DNA of 63,215 nucleotides, filler included, from Octopus bimaculoides (GCF_001194135.2; 7 parts of 7 records of this genome joined end to end with filler, not necessarily neighbours in it); one strand, 5' to 3'; positions 28,147 to 42,051 are shown, numbered from the whole stretch's first letter. Program-made: numbers and translations. Notes: a model not told the origin generated them from the sequence alone.

Positions 28147-28436
28147 NNNNNNNNNNNNNNNNNNNNNNNNNNNNNNNNNNNNNNNNNNNNNNNNNNNNNN
28201 NNNNNNNNNNNNNNNNNNNNNNNNNNNNNNNNNNNNNNNNNNNNNNNNNNNNNNNNNNNNNNNNNNNNNNNNNNNNNNNNNNNNNNNNNNNNNNNNNNNN
28301 NNNNNNNNNNNNNNNNNNNNNNNNNNNNNNNNNNNNNNNNNNNNNNNNNNNNNNNNNNNNNNNNNNNNNNNNNNNNNNNNNNNNNNNNNNNNNNNNNNNN
28401 NNNNNNNNNNNNTATATATGTATAGTTGCGTATATA

Positions 28437-28472
<36 letters not shown>

Positions 28473-28475
<3 letters not shown>

Positions 28476-28685
28476 GAGAGGTGTGTGGCTTAAGTTTTAA
28501 ATTCATGACCGTATGATTGTGGTTTCGATTCATGTACCGGGTGACGTGTTATTTCCTTCAGTAAAAACACTTCATTTCACATTTCCTCAGCGCACTCAGG
28601 TATCAAAATTGAGTAAGCCTGTGATGGAGTACCGTCCCGTAAAGGTGGGGAATATACATTTCACAGAAACAGGGAAACCGGCCGT
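28473..28685 (+). mobile_element. Diverged tRNA-derived SINE
   Basis: Degenerate head with gtttcgattc and a gcctgtgatggagtaccgtccc segment. Confidence 0.55.
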
Positions 28686-29567
28686 ATAAATCGATATGAT
28701 TTTGAAAGGATGTTTACTATATATATATATATATATATCGAAAAACAATAATTATAACCTGTTGACAGACAAAATGATGCAGTACGTAATAGTTATAACG
28801 ACATACAACATGTTAACTTGCTCTTTCTCAAAATTTATTTACTTTTATTTCACAATTGTATACAGCATATTTTCTGTTTCAAAACAAACCTTTCCCCACC
28901 GGCTGAACTTTAACCAACAAACGAAAAACTGAAGAGGCTGCACCGAAAATCATGCTGGGTTGCCTCTGTAACCCATAAACTGTGCAAAGATCTTCACAGT
29001 TGCTAAAGTGTGGTACATGCAAGTATTGATACTCTTCTCCATTTTGTATAGGAATATACCACTAAACTGGAGACGAGTACAATGATTCGTATGCGACAAG
29101 CCTTAACAATAGCGAACATTTGTTACATGAAACCATTTGTTGGCATGTTAATCTATAAAAAAAAAAAAATTATGTACCAATGCAGCGTTGAACATTCATT
29201 CCCATTAGTATATAAACGTTTGTATANNNNNNNNNNNNNNNNNNNNNNNNNNNNNNNNNNNNNNNNNNNNNNNNNNNNNNNNNNNNNNNNNNNNNNNNNN
29301 NNNNNNNNNNNNNNNNNNNNNNNNNNNNNNNNNNNNNNNNNNNNNNNNNNNNNNNNNNNNNNNNNNNNNNNNNNNNNNNNNNNNNNNNNNNNNNNNNNNN
29401 NNNNNNNNNNNNNNNNNNNNNNNNNNNNNNNNNNNNNNNNNNNNNNNNNNNNNNNNNNNNNNNNNNNNNNNNNNNNNNNNNNNNNNNNNNNNNNNNNNNN
29501 NNNNNNNNNNNNNNNNNNNNNNNNNNNNNNNNNNNNNNNNNNNNNNNNNNNNNNNNNNNNNNNNNNN

Positions 29568-29629
<62 letters not shown>

Positions 29630-30325
29630 CATAGAGACAGAGAGAAAGAAAGGAGACAAAATATCATATCCCAAGAAATGTATGATCAATAATCGAAACT
29701 TCATTCATAAAGATTGACTGCATATGAACCAAATGTAGAACAAAATACAACTATATAAATACAATATTTACCTTTAATGCGTGTTGTATAGGCTTTGGGA
29801 AATATATATTAAAGCTTCCCTACTAACAAAAATACTGAAGTTGCTGTAATAATGTTCATCATACAGTCGGGAAGAGTCGTCGTCAAGCACTGCGTGAAGT
29901 TCGAATTATAAGAACAATGCTGCACATTAACAGATGCACCGACCTAATTTTATGCAAAATGTTTATATGTTGGAATGAACTTTTAGAATTCTACCGTGTG
30001 TATTGTCAAAGAACACAGGAACATAAGCTTTCCTTGGTAACTTAGCATATGAATAAACATATATTTTATGAATATAACCGAATGAAACGGTCCTTAATAG
30101 GAATGTATATACAGAATAAAAACGGAAAAAAGCATAAGAGTCTCAGTTTATAATTAAAATTAATTGATATATATATATAAATTCAGTTCATAAAAATAAA
30201 TATAGATTTAACTAAAACATTGTCTATCCAAAACCAGTATTTCTGTTCATGCAAAACATAGACCGTTGCTCGAAGGTCGTAATGGTTTTAATAATTTGAA
30301 ATATATATTATTTTAAAATAATCTA

Positions 30326-30717
30326 GAGTGGATGTGTGGTAAGTAGCTTGTTTACCAACCAGATGGTTCCGTGTTCAGTCCCACTGCGTAGCATCTTGGG
30401 CAAGTGTTTTCTACTATAGCCTTGTGAATGGATTTGGTAGATGGAAACTGAAAGAAGCCCATCGTATATATATATATATATATATGCGTGTGTGTGTGTG
30501 TGCGTGTGTGTGTTTGTGTGTCTGTGTTTGTCCCCCCACCATCGCTTGACAACCAATGCTGGTGTGTTTACGTCCCCTAACTTAGCTGTTCGGCAAAAAA
30601 AGACCGACATAATAAGTACTAGGCTTAAAAAGAATAAGTCCTGGGGTCGATTTGCTCGACTAAAGGCAGTGCTCCAGCATGGCCGCAGTCAAATGACTGA
30701 AACAAGTAAAAGAGTAA
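30326..30717 (+). mobile_element. SINE family A, full length
   Basis: Head, internal microsatellite and tail ending gaaacaagtaaaagagtaa. Confidence 0.9.
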
Positions 30718-31174
30718 ATATTTTTCCCTTTTTCTTTTTAGGCACCACGTCCAGAATGCAGGACATGAGCGATCGTGTTGTGTTACAATTCTCTGTTCAT
30801 TGTTTTCTGTAACAGTTCCAATTCTTGATGTTTAACGCTTCATTTTTCAACTCATTTCGTCAAGCTTGTTATTTGTATCATCAGTGGTCGGCCTATATTA
30901 TCAAGTGGCCTATATAAAGCCGCCTACACTCGCCCTCCACCTTTGGGAACATGCCACAAAAAATGTATATCTATTTACGTACATAAAAGACCTTACTGTA
31001 TGTAAACATGTATACAATTTTTTGTATTTCAAGTAGTTAATATATTTATATATTGACGTGCCTAACTCGCTTTTCCTTATATTTACTTATTTACCCGTTG
31101 AAGTTTAAACCTCTAAGTGTATTCTGTACAGAGAATACCTGATTCTCCTCTAAGAGCTACACACACACACACAG

Positions 31175-31206
<32 letters not shown>

Positions 31207-31772
31207 ACGCATGCACGCACGCACACACACACACACTCATAACATTGTCCCCTTGGATTTACTGTAATGTCATAAGGTGTTGCGGTTTAATGACCTATTA
31301 TTAATTGAACTGTTAATGACTGGATATATTTGCTGATGTTGTATACATCATTTGGTTTCATACTGATAATTTATTAACACCAAGAATACATCAAGATTGA
31401 CTGATGTAACGAAATGAGAAACGCTCTCTTCATGAGAAGCGCAATGAAGGAACATTTCACCGATGCGTAGCCATCTAATAATGAGGCTTATGAGAATAAC
31501 ATCTCTCTCTGTACGAAGAGAATAACAGATGTGTTTACATATGCTTAAAGTTATACAGAGAGAAGTAAATTTGTGGTTATTAAGTTGTTAAATATTTATC
31601 AAATTACGACCGATTAAGTTGTAAAGTCAATTTTCGGTTGCGGTTAGCAAAATCATACGCCTTCTGGTAAACACGTGTTTCGACAGCTCTCAACGATGTT
31701 GCGAATTTTCTGTCTTTCATATCTACGAATACAGAACACAGACACATATATGTATGTTTATATAATTATAAG

Positions 31773-31830
<58 letters not shown>

Positions 31831-31831
31831 T

Positions 31832-31868
<37 letters not shown>

Positions 31869-33899
31869 CATTTACATAACAATACACATACATATACAAA
31901 CATATATGTGTGTGTGTACTTGTATATATGCTGGTGTAGATGTCGAATTGTGCGAGTGCATGCAATAAGACATTGACTCATTGTAAGCGACAGTATGTGT
32001 ACGCCTCAACGCAATGAAATTTATATATTCATACATACACATACTCTCACACACACCACACAGACACACACACACACGCAATCATATGTAGATGTAAACC
32101 CACAGGTCCGCAATAAATACGGCAAATACAATACATGACGAAAAAAGTCCATGATGGTTGGTATTTACATATTAAAGCAGGCAAATTGCATGCAGGTGCA
32201 CGATTATGTTGCCAGTGTTATTATATTTTCGAGAAGAATATTATGCAAGGATTTCATATATATTTTAATGTACTAAACTATAAGCAATATTAAATAAAAT
32301 GGATTCATATTATATATGGCCGTGTTGAATTTCAATGGCGATATATGTTTTGCATTGGCACGGAGTAAATACAGTAGTAAGATACACTATCCTGCTAAGT
32401 AGTTTTGTAATGAGATACCAGCCACAATACCAGCCCACGTCTCTACACACGCTTGAGCACAGATATCGATGTAGGGACATGTACAAAGAACACTCACAGA
32501 AGCTAGTATACATATAATACTTTCATACACGTAGGCTAGGTTTATACGGAGATACGCATTGACGTAAATATACAGATGCAGATATATGTATATGCATATG
32601 TATATATATATATATATATATATATNNNNNNNNNNNNNNNNNNNNNNNNNNNNNNNNNNNNNNNNNNNNNNNNNNNNNNNNNNNNNNNNNNNNNNNNNNN
32701 NNNNNNNNNNNNNNNNNNNNNNNNNNNNNNNNNNNNNNNNNNNNNNNNNNNNNNNNNNNNNNNNNNNNNNNNNNNNNNNNNNNNNNNNNNNNNNNNNNNN
32801 NNNNNNNNNNNNNNNNNNNNNNNNNNNNNNNNNNNNNNNNNNNNNNNNNNNNNNNNNNNNNNNNNNNNNNNNNNNNNNNNNNNNNNNNNNNNNNNNNNNN
32901 NNNNNNNNNNNNNNNNNNNNNNNNNNNNNNNNNNNNNNNNNNNNNNNNNNNNNNNNNNNNNNNNNNNNNNNNNNNNNNNNNNNNNNNNNNNNNNNNNNNN
33001 NNNNNNNNNNNNNNNNNNNNNNNNNNNNNNNNNNNNNNNNNNNNNNNNNNNNNNNNNNNNNNNNNNNNNNNNNNNNNNNNNNNNNNNNNNNNNNNNNNNN
33101 NNNNNNNNNNNNNNNNNNNNNNNNNNNNNNNNNNNNNNNNNNNNNNNNNNNNNNNNNNNNNNNNNNNNNNNNNNNNNNNNNNNNNNNNNNNNNNNNNNNN
33201 NNNNNNNNNNNNNNNNNNNNNNNNNNNNNNNNNNNNNNNNNNNNNNNNNNNNNNNNNNNNNNNNNNNNNNNNNNNNNNNNNNNNNNNNNNNNNNNNNNNN
33301 NNNNNNNNNNNNNNNNNNNNNNNNNNNNNNNNNNNTATATATATATAAATATATATATATACATACGTACATACATACACACATGTGTACATATGTAGAT
33401 GCACCTCTATTTTTACAACATATGTCACATACACGTATGTATGTATATGTAAAAATATGTGTATATATATATGAATTTATATATGTTAATCGATATGAAA
33501 TTTAATAAATGTATGTCTATGCATGTACCTACAAGTGTATATATAAATGTATACTGTATATGTATACATACACATACATAATATATGCATTATTTTGTAT
33601 ACATTACATGCCTTTCACGCAAGCGTGGGGCTTCATATTCATGGGAATATATACTAAGCATTCTACATTTGAATTTGAGATATATTCCTATGCCATATTA
33701 TAATATCTGATTCTGATATCTGAGAGTATAAAAAAATTTGCATATATAATTCCTCTCTTATATTTATTCACCATTATGAATTATTGCATTTGCAACTATG
33801 ATAATGTGTTTGCATATATATGTGTGTGTGTGTGTATGTGAGTGTGTGTGTATTTATGTGTGCGTGTTAAATAGTATATACATACATCTATATTATATA

Positions 33900-33977
<78 letters not shown>

Positions 33978-34467
33978 TATATGCATATGGGTTTATATAT
34001 GTATATATATATGTATATATGTATTTACACACATGCATATATATATACATGCACGCACACACACACACACACACACCACACACACATATATATATATATA
34101 TATATACATACATACAGACATACATATGTATGCATGTTCCTGTGTAAGCAGATAAAAGTGTGTGTGTTTCAGATTCATATATCTGTGTGATCGTGAGCAG
34201 AGTTTGTTTTGCCCTAATCCATGTTTGGAAGTGCATGCTGCATGTATCTCTCTTGCCTTGTGCTATCGCGTGCGTATGTTTATGTTTGATTGTAAGTAGA
34301 TGTGTATCTAGGCATATATGTATCTGTTCATATGTTAGCTGGAATGGAATCTATAAGTGATTATTTTCCATTACTACATATAGGATTTGAACAATTTTGC
34401 ATCCGAGAATATGGGAATTAAGTTAGATTTGAATGTAGTGTATAATTTTAAGATATATATATGCCTG

Positions 34468-34520
<53 letters not shown>

Positions 34521-34605
34521 AAGTGTGTGTGCCTATGTGTGTGTGCGCATATGTGTATTTATTTGCATATATATGCATACACACGCGTGCGCACACACAC
34601 CCACG

Positions 34606-34645
<40 letters not shown>

Positions 34646-35302
34646 ATTGCAGTAACATATACATTTTTGTATATATGTTTATGCTTAGAGACTTAAACAT
34701 TTACATGCATATCCGCATACCTTTATATTAAATAATATATAGCATAAATTTTTGATTTATTAAAATTTTCTCTACTTCTACGTGATGTGTGACAGTTACC
34801 AAATAACGATTGGGATCATCTCCAGATGAGAAGGGGAGATAATCTTTGGAATCATATATATTAAATGTATGGAAATGAGTTATATGCAATACGTTCTCTG
34901 ATATTTGATATACTTAAATTTGTCCATGTTGTGTATCCACACGCCACTGATGATTATGCAGTATTTCTCTTAGTTTATATTTTTAGGATTGTTTTATGAA
35001 TTACCCAGCACATAAATGCATTCTACATTTTTGCTTCGATATGTCTCTGTGCAAAGGTTGCCGGTCATTGGTTAGGAAAATTCTCATGTCATGACATCTG
35101 TGATCGAGAAATATGGGGTCACGATTCTTATCTTATTTCAAGACAATTATCGCTTTCTCCTTCTTTAATGTCATGTCTGATTTGGAGAAATTCTTGTTTC
35201 TTGAAATTAAATTAGTTTTACACTGGAGACCTGTTCTCAATCACTATGTTGTAATACATACATTCATACATACATACATACATACATACATACATACATA
35301 CA

Positions 35303-35334
<32 letters not shown>

Positions 35335-35785
35335 AAAGAACATTATAATTCATAAAAGTAATAATGTTAATCGCCGCAAGCATAAAAGCCCCAGAGGCAA
35401 AATTAAAATTAATAAATATATATAAACGATAGAATATATAGTTTATATAGAGAAGTATAGTTATATATAATAGGGTACTAAATAAGCACCTGCTTTGTTA
35501 AAGATAGGAGTCAGAAACCACAGAAGAATCACTAAATGAATACAAGAATGACAGAAAAAATTTGAAGTGAATAAGAACTGCGTCTTACATCCGCGAACGT
35601 TGCAGAAGTAATGTCAGTCAATCTGATATCAGGATTTCAAATTTAGTGCCAAATGCACTCGGTTCTCCTTAGCCACATCTACTAATAACAATTACTAAGA
35701 TTCACTACTACTATGCCTGTGTTTGCTTGAGTCCCCAAGCACCACTGAAACAAACGAACTATGTGAAATTATTTATAAATATAAA

Positions 35786-36150
35786 CAGGGTGGGGCATAA
35801 AGTCCTCCACATTTGGAAGAGGTACCCTGTGGACTTAAGTAGAAGTAGAGAAGCGGGATAGATTTCATTTGGGAGGTGAAGATTCATCATTTTTACATTC
35901 ATCGTTAATTACTCCAATACCTCTTCCTTTTTGTAGGTTCGACCATTTTCGTATTCATCATTAATTTCTCAAAAACATTGAGTGGAGACATGGCGGGGAT
36001 AACTAAAGGAAAATGTTTTCCGACATCATTCTCGAATTCTTGAGGATTTGAAAGAAAGTATTCGGGAATAAATTAGCGCAATACCACGTGAGATGACACG
36101 GAGAGTTATGGAGAACTTCCGGGAGTGACTGCATCAATGTATTACAAAAA
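35786..36150 (+). mobile_element. Tc1/mariner remnant
   Basis: CAGGGTGG TIR-like start; C-terminal LEDLKESIRE*ISAIPREMTRRVMENFRE*LHQCI. Confidence 0.7.
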
Positions 36151-36367
36151 AANNNNNNNNNNNNNNNNNNNNNNNNNNNNNNNNNNNNNNNNNNNNTTAA
36201 TTAATTAANNNNNNNNNNNNNNNNNNNNNNNNNNNNNNNNNNNNNNNNNNNNGACACAGACACATTGAAGGACACACATGCGTAGACACATACAATAGGA
36301 ATACAAAATACAAAATGGCTGATAGTTAGCAAGGTGAGACACACATAAGAAAGAAGGAAGCAAAGGA

Positions 36368-36407
36368 CCACTGATGAGGTCACAGAAGTGTGACGAAAGA
36401 ATTCTGG
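36368..36407 (+). ncRNA. Minimal hammerhead ribozyme motif
   Basis: CCA CTGATGA G GTCACA-GAAG-TGTGAC GAAA GAATT C TGG; exact core and 6-bp stem II, weak stem III. Confidence 0.5.
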
Positions 36408-37184
36408 CTGAAATAAGATTAAGATTAATGTAATATAAAGCTGAAGCAAATTAACACCAAATATACAGTGCATGTGTTTTTATTGGCTAAACTGGCAATA
36501 TGACCATCCCCAAGTACAACAACATATATTTATATATATATATATATATGTACATATATATATGTGTGTGCGTGTGCATGCAGGTGCGCACACACACACA
36601 CACGCATGCATACACACACATGCACACACACACACACACACACACACGTGTGTACTGTGTTATTTTTTAGGACAATGGATATTCTCACGTTTTTAAAAAA
36701 TTTTTTATTAAATAGTAAAAAAACAAATATATGTAAAAACACAGGCAGAAAAAATAATTTATGTTCACTAATTCTACAGAAATGAATTCTTGAGAATATT
36801 TATGAAATAAACTATATCCTGTTCAACAATGTAGAAAAAAAGTTTCTATAAAATTTAACTTTTTGACAATGAAGTTATTTGATATGTGTTATGTGATATG
36901 AATCAAATGTGACAGTCTTCTTTTTTTCTCAATAACAAATGTTTCTACACTGTTTTAAGGAAATATGTACCTGAAAAAATACAATTACATATGCATTTAT
37001 ACATACATACATACATACATACACGTGTGTGTGTATGTATGTTTATATATATATATATGTATGTATACATACATATACATATATATATAATATATGTATA
37101 TGTATATTTACATATATATGTATGTATTTATTTATTTTTTATTTATTTATGTGTTTCAGCCAAGTGGCTGCGGTCATGCTGGTG

Positions 37185-37262
<78 letters not shown>

Positions 37263-37469
37263 CATACATGTATATGTATTTATATATATATTATATTAAA
37301 TCAACTGTTAAGAGCTTCATAGGTGATTGTATCTCTTCGTCTTTTGCAATACCGACCAATAGTGATTACTTGCACTATATTGTTCCAATGTACTTGTTTT
37401 CTTCCGATGACAGTGGAGAGAAACCAATATTTCCCACGAGAAGGTATAGCAAGGATTGAATTCATTGCA

Positions 37470-37537
37470 ATCCACAATATGTTTCTACCAGTTCTTGACC
37501 AAAGCCAGATGAAGTCGATCCACTTGTAGATGGCAGA
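37470..37537 (-). other. Candidate exon after a strong acceptor; frame and 3' boundary unresolved
   Basis: ttccttgttctctcccacag| on the minus strand followed by unique sequence; two plausible frames. Confidence 0.25.
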
Positions 37538-38439
37538 AGATTTCTTTGCATATTTGCGTTTTCTGTGGGAGAGAACAAGGAACTTTTCTTTAAAACATGT
37601 ATTTCACATTACATTTGTTAAGTAATAATGTTGTTAGTTATAGTTTTGCAAATGGAATGATCACTGGTTCACTATGTTTCTGATGGCCAGAGTCACAAGG
37701 GAGTATCTATAACTCAGTGGTGAACACTAATGGACTGTGCTTAAAAAACAATGTTGTTTACATCTTTTGCCAATATACATCAGTGAAATATATGCATAAA
37801 TAAATACACACACAATCTCATGCATAGAAATCCATGCTTTCTACATGTGTGCATGTGAATGAATATATATAGATATATATATATTATATTATATGTATTT
37901 ATTTTCTCCTAATTAATAAATAACTCAGACAAAATAAATTGGTTAATAGATACCAGGGAAGCAAAGATCACAAAATGACTGCGGTGTAACTCCTGTTTAT
38001 GAGGTAGAAACTTCTTGATATTTTGGGTACTTGAGTATATATAAATTTAATGAATGGAGTAAAACGCATATGTTAACTGCATACTTTTATTTCCAACATA
38101 TGTTTCGAAGATTACAAATTATACCTTCCATAGGAATCGGCGATGTTAAAAATGTAATCTTCTCTTCAGGGAAATGCATGAGAATCAGTTCAAATGTAAG
38201 GCATTTTAACCGAATATGAGAACTATAGTTGGAAATAAAAGTATGCAGTTAACATATGCGTTTTACTCCATTCATTAAATTTATATATACTCAAGTACCC
38301 AAAATANNNNNNNNNNNNNNNNNNNNNNNNNNNNNNNNNNNNNNNNNNNNNNNNNNNNNNNNNNNNNNNNNNNNNNNNNNNNNNNNNNNNNNNNNNNNNN
38401 NNNNNNNNNNNNNNNNNNNNNNNNNNNNNNNNNNNNNAT

Positions 38440-38735
38440 ATACGGGATATTCAAAAAAACTCTCTGCAGTGAATTTTTTCATCCTGTGCATGCACGCTAT
38501 CACTGCGTGGGTGGCTGGGTGTCAGCCATTGTCCCTCAGTCATTGTGTACCCTTCAGTGTGTCTACATACTAACCATTGAAGAACGTACATTCTTAGTTG
38601 AATGGGTGTTTCGAGCTGGAAACAAATACACAGATACTGTGAAACAGAAGTTCAGTGAAACTTTCCCAAATACTGTTGTTCCACATCGTGACACTGTGTG
38701 GGGTTCGGTAAGAAAATTGAGAAGCACAGGATTCT
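38440..38735 (+). mobile_element. 5' end of a Tc1/mariner transposon with transposase N-terminus
   Basis: TACGGGATATTCAAAAAA terminus; LTIEERTFLVEWVFR..VKQKFSETFP....PHRDTV..VRKLRSTG is the HTH seen in DUF4817-type transposases. Confidence 0.75.
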
Positions 38736-39324
38736 AATGGCACAGGTACCCACTTGCCATTGGGCAAGCTGGCAACCTGGCCAGTTTGCAACTGCACATC
38801 AGTATACGCCAGAGACTTCCACTCAACACATACATACACACACAGGCATATAGAAACACGTCAACTCTGCACATATATGCACACACCCACAAGACTACAC
38901 AGACACTTATGCAGGCACAGAACAATAAACAGCACATGGCAAAGGCTCACACCCCTGTCCATGGGCACATAGCAATGTATGGAATGATAACATGGTGTTC
39001 ACCGTCCAATGTGGATTAATGCCCACAAGTAGAATTAATAATGTGTGTGTCTGTATGTCTTTGCATTGATTTAAATGTAAGAATGTGTGTGTCTGTTTGT
39101 CTGTGCATCTGTTAAAATCTCTCAATACAGCGAAGCTCAAATGCAAATCTCCCGGCTTAAAACCTTATTATACCACCTGAGGTATCTTCTATGCACTGTG
39201 TGTTGCGTCAGGTGATGTATTGTTCTACGTCCACAAGGGAGCGGTGCATCTTGAAGGTGAAACAATTGTTGTGGTGATATAAATTTTTTTTGTTGGTACA
39301 TTCTGTCTTCTCTTTTTATCTTTA

Positions 39325-39370
<46 letters not shown>

Positions 39371-40424
39371 TCAGATGTAGTTGGGTTGGCAGTTTCAATC
39401 ATTACAGCCATCCAGTTGTTGGAGTTATATCATGTAAGCACAAAAGCAAGGCATCATTCTAGAATTTAAAAAAAAAAAATTTTTGAAACAGAAAAACACT
39501 CGAAATTATTAGCATATAATAGAACAAGAGAACATAGACGACTAAAGAAAATAACCACTATTTTCATATACTGTGAAAAGTAATTAAAAGATCATTTTAA
39601 GAAAATATCATTTGTGAACTCCAACAATGGCCTCCAACAACTGGATGGCTGTAGTGGCTGCACTTACTGACCTGACTTCTTTTGAATTCATTGAAGAGGC
39701 ACCCACTGTGAATAAGGTCAAAACCAAAGAACAATACCGTACATCCTAGCATCTGCATACCAAAATAAGTACAATATCACCTCCTTATAACTACCACTCC
39801 CTCCTCTATATTCCACACAAAAATGCACACATGCCCCGGTCAAATGTCTCCCTCAGTCAAACGTCGTTAATGCTATATCACCTGAAAAAAGGAATACATG
39901 ATCGTGATCAGCCGGATGTTCATCTGTGCTGTAATCATCCAATAAATATGGACTAGGATCTTACAAAACATGTGATTGGTGGAAATGCACATAGCAATGC
40001 ATTACAATATTAGTAAATTCCACCCAAGGGTTATTATTATTATTATTACTATATTTATCCTACAATTATATTGGCACAACTCAATGCAACTCCAAAAAAC
40101 TGGTATCGCCAGTTGACAACACTAGCCAGTAGCTGGCACAATAGAGTAGGAGCTTTTATCATTCATATTCAAAACATTACCTCTAAATGAACTTAAAGGA
40201 TATATATATATATATATATATATATGCCTACTTTTACCTATCTACTGTATTGTCTGCAAATGAACAATATATATATATATATATATATATAATGGTGTGT
40301 GTGTGTCTACACACGCATATAGATATATATATATCATCATCGTCGTTTAATGTTTGTTTTCCATGTTGGCATGGGAAAAGCTGTATATATATATGTATAC
40401 ACACACACACACACACACATTTTT

Positions 40425-41795
40425 TTTTCTATAGTTTCAGCTCAGAGCTGCAGCCATGCTGATGCACCACCGTTTTGCTGCACTGTTATTACTGAGATCC
40501 TCTTCCAATATGTGGCACTTGGTGAAGAATGGAGTTTGATGTAGCTACCCTCATTTGCACCTCTTGCCGTGAGGTAGGTTCATCTGGGATTCTCGACAGG
40601 AAGAGGTCCAGCTTTGATTTAAAAACGCCTACATCTACTTTGTGCAGGTTCCTCAGGCTCTTTGGAAGAATATTAAAAAGCTGTGGGCCTCTGAAACCCA
40701 AACTGTTGCAGTAACTGGTCCTGAAGTGTGATGGTGTTGCTGGGATCTTTGGCACTATGCAGTGCCGTCCCATTCTGGCATTGGTGTAGCTTTCAATGCC
40801 AAAATTTGGCACAATTCCTTCCAGGATCTTCCAGATGTATATTACTGCATACCTCTCCCGCCTTCTCTCCAGGGAGTAGAGTCTTAGCTGTTTCAGCCTT
40901 TCCCAATAGCTGAACAGTTGCAAAGAGACAATCTTCTTTGTGAATCTTCTCTGGATTGCTTCAAGGTCCGCTGTTAACTTCATACTGATGGGTGACCATA
41001 GCTGTGAGCAGTAATCCAGGCAGCTGAGGATGAATGTCTTCCAGAGGACCATCATGTTTTCCTTATCTCCGGTTCTGAATGTTCTCAGGATCCATCCAGC
41101 CAGTCGTCTGCACTTTGTCACCATCCTGGTAATGTGCACTTGGAAAGAGATATCATCACTCATGTCGATACCCAAGTCCCTCACTGATTTAGACTCTGGG
41201 ATTGAAATTCCCTGCGGACCAGTGTACTCTGTAAGTTTCATATTCAGTTTTGGACGTTGGTAGCGCAGGGCTTGGAATTTTCCAGCATTAAACTGCATAT
41301 TATTATCCTCAGCCCATCTGTAAATTGTGTTCAACTCCTGCTGCAGATGTGCAACATCACTGGGGTTCTGTATTTTCTGCAAGGCTTTCGTATCATCTGC
41401 ATAGCTTGCAAGGGTGGCTATCCGGGCACTTGAGGGCATATCTGAGAGGGCCACTATGAAAAGCAGTGGTCCCAAGACTGTGCCCTGTGGAACACCGCTC
41501 ACTATTTGTGTTTTCATAGAGGTGGCTCCATTAGCCACTACTGCCTGACTTCTATCTTTCAGAAAGTCATGTAACCATTCTCCAAGCTTTCCAGTTATGC
41601 CAAGATCACGCTGTTTGTGGCATATCATACCATGATCCACTTTGTCAAAAGATTTTGCAAAATCAAGGTATATTACGTCCACATTTGAGTTGTTGAGTAA
41701 CTGCCTCAACACCCAGTCATAATGTTGTAAGAGCTGGGTCAGGCTGCTCCTACCTGGTCGAAAGCCATGCTGGGTATCACTCAGCAAGTTATTTT
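40425..41795 (-). mobile_element. 5'-truncated CR1/L2-like LINE with 3' UTR
   Basis: Contains the 432-aa ORF; 3' UTR cggtggtgcatcagcatggctgcagctctgagctgaaac followed by an A-rich tail. Confidence 0.9.
40489..41787 (-). CDS. Non-LTR retrotransposon ORF2 C-terminal half (reverse transcriptase), uninterrupted
   Basis: QHGFRPGRS, YLDFAKSFDKV, GVPQGTVLGPLLF, YADD, DLGI, LDYCSQLWSP motifs. Confidence 0.9.
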   Translation of the reverse strand: MLSDTQHGFRPGRSSLTQLLQHYDWVLRQLLNNSNVDVIYLDFAKSFDKVDHGMICHKQRDLGITGKLGEWLHDFLKDRSQAVVANGATSMKTQIVSGVPQGTVLGPLLFIVALSDMPSSARIATLASYADDTKALQKIQNPSDVAHLQQELNTIYRWAEDNNMQFNAGKFQALRYQRPKLNMKLTEYTGPQGISIPESKSVRDLGIDMSDDISFQVHITRMVTKCRRLAGWILRTFRTGDKENMMVLWKTFILSCLDYCSQLWSPISMKLTADLEAIQRRFTKKIVSLQLFSYWERLKQLRLYSLERRRERYAVIYIWKILEGIVPNFGIESYTNARMGRHCIVPKIPATPSHFRTSYCNSLGFRGPQLFNILPKSLRNLHKVDVGVFKSKLDLFLSRIPDEPTSRQEVQMRVATSNSILHQVPHIGRGSQ

Positions 41796-41811
41796 CTTCA
41801 AGGAATGCAAT

Positions 41812-42047
41812 TTTAGAGTTAATACTAACAAGTGTAAGTTGTGTATAAGGGAATCTCTTGCCATCCTTAGGTCCTTTGAGCCTAAAACATTAAATAAATT
41901 GGAGAAAAAAGTACGTGAATTTTTATCTTCACAAAAGTGAAAAACAAATATTACAGAAATGTTACCACCATCACTCAGACAATGCAAGCAAAACTCTAAT
42001 AAAAAAAATATCTGACTGAACAGGCTACAACCAGCCGAAACGCATGA
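41812..42047 (+). mobile_element. Penelope-like element 3' end (GIY-YIG C-terminus plus HHR-like tail)
   Basis: NTNKCKLCIRESLAILRSFEPKTLNK matches the PLE C..C..EK..IL....LLN motif; ctgactgaaca-ggct..agcc-gaaac follows. Confidence 0.65.
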
Positions 42048-42051
42048 TTAA

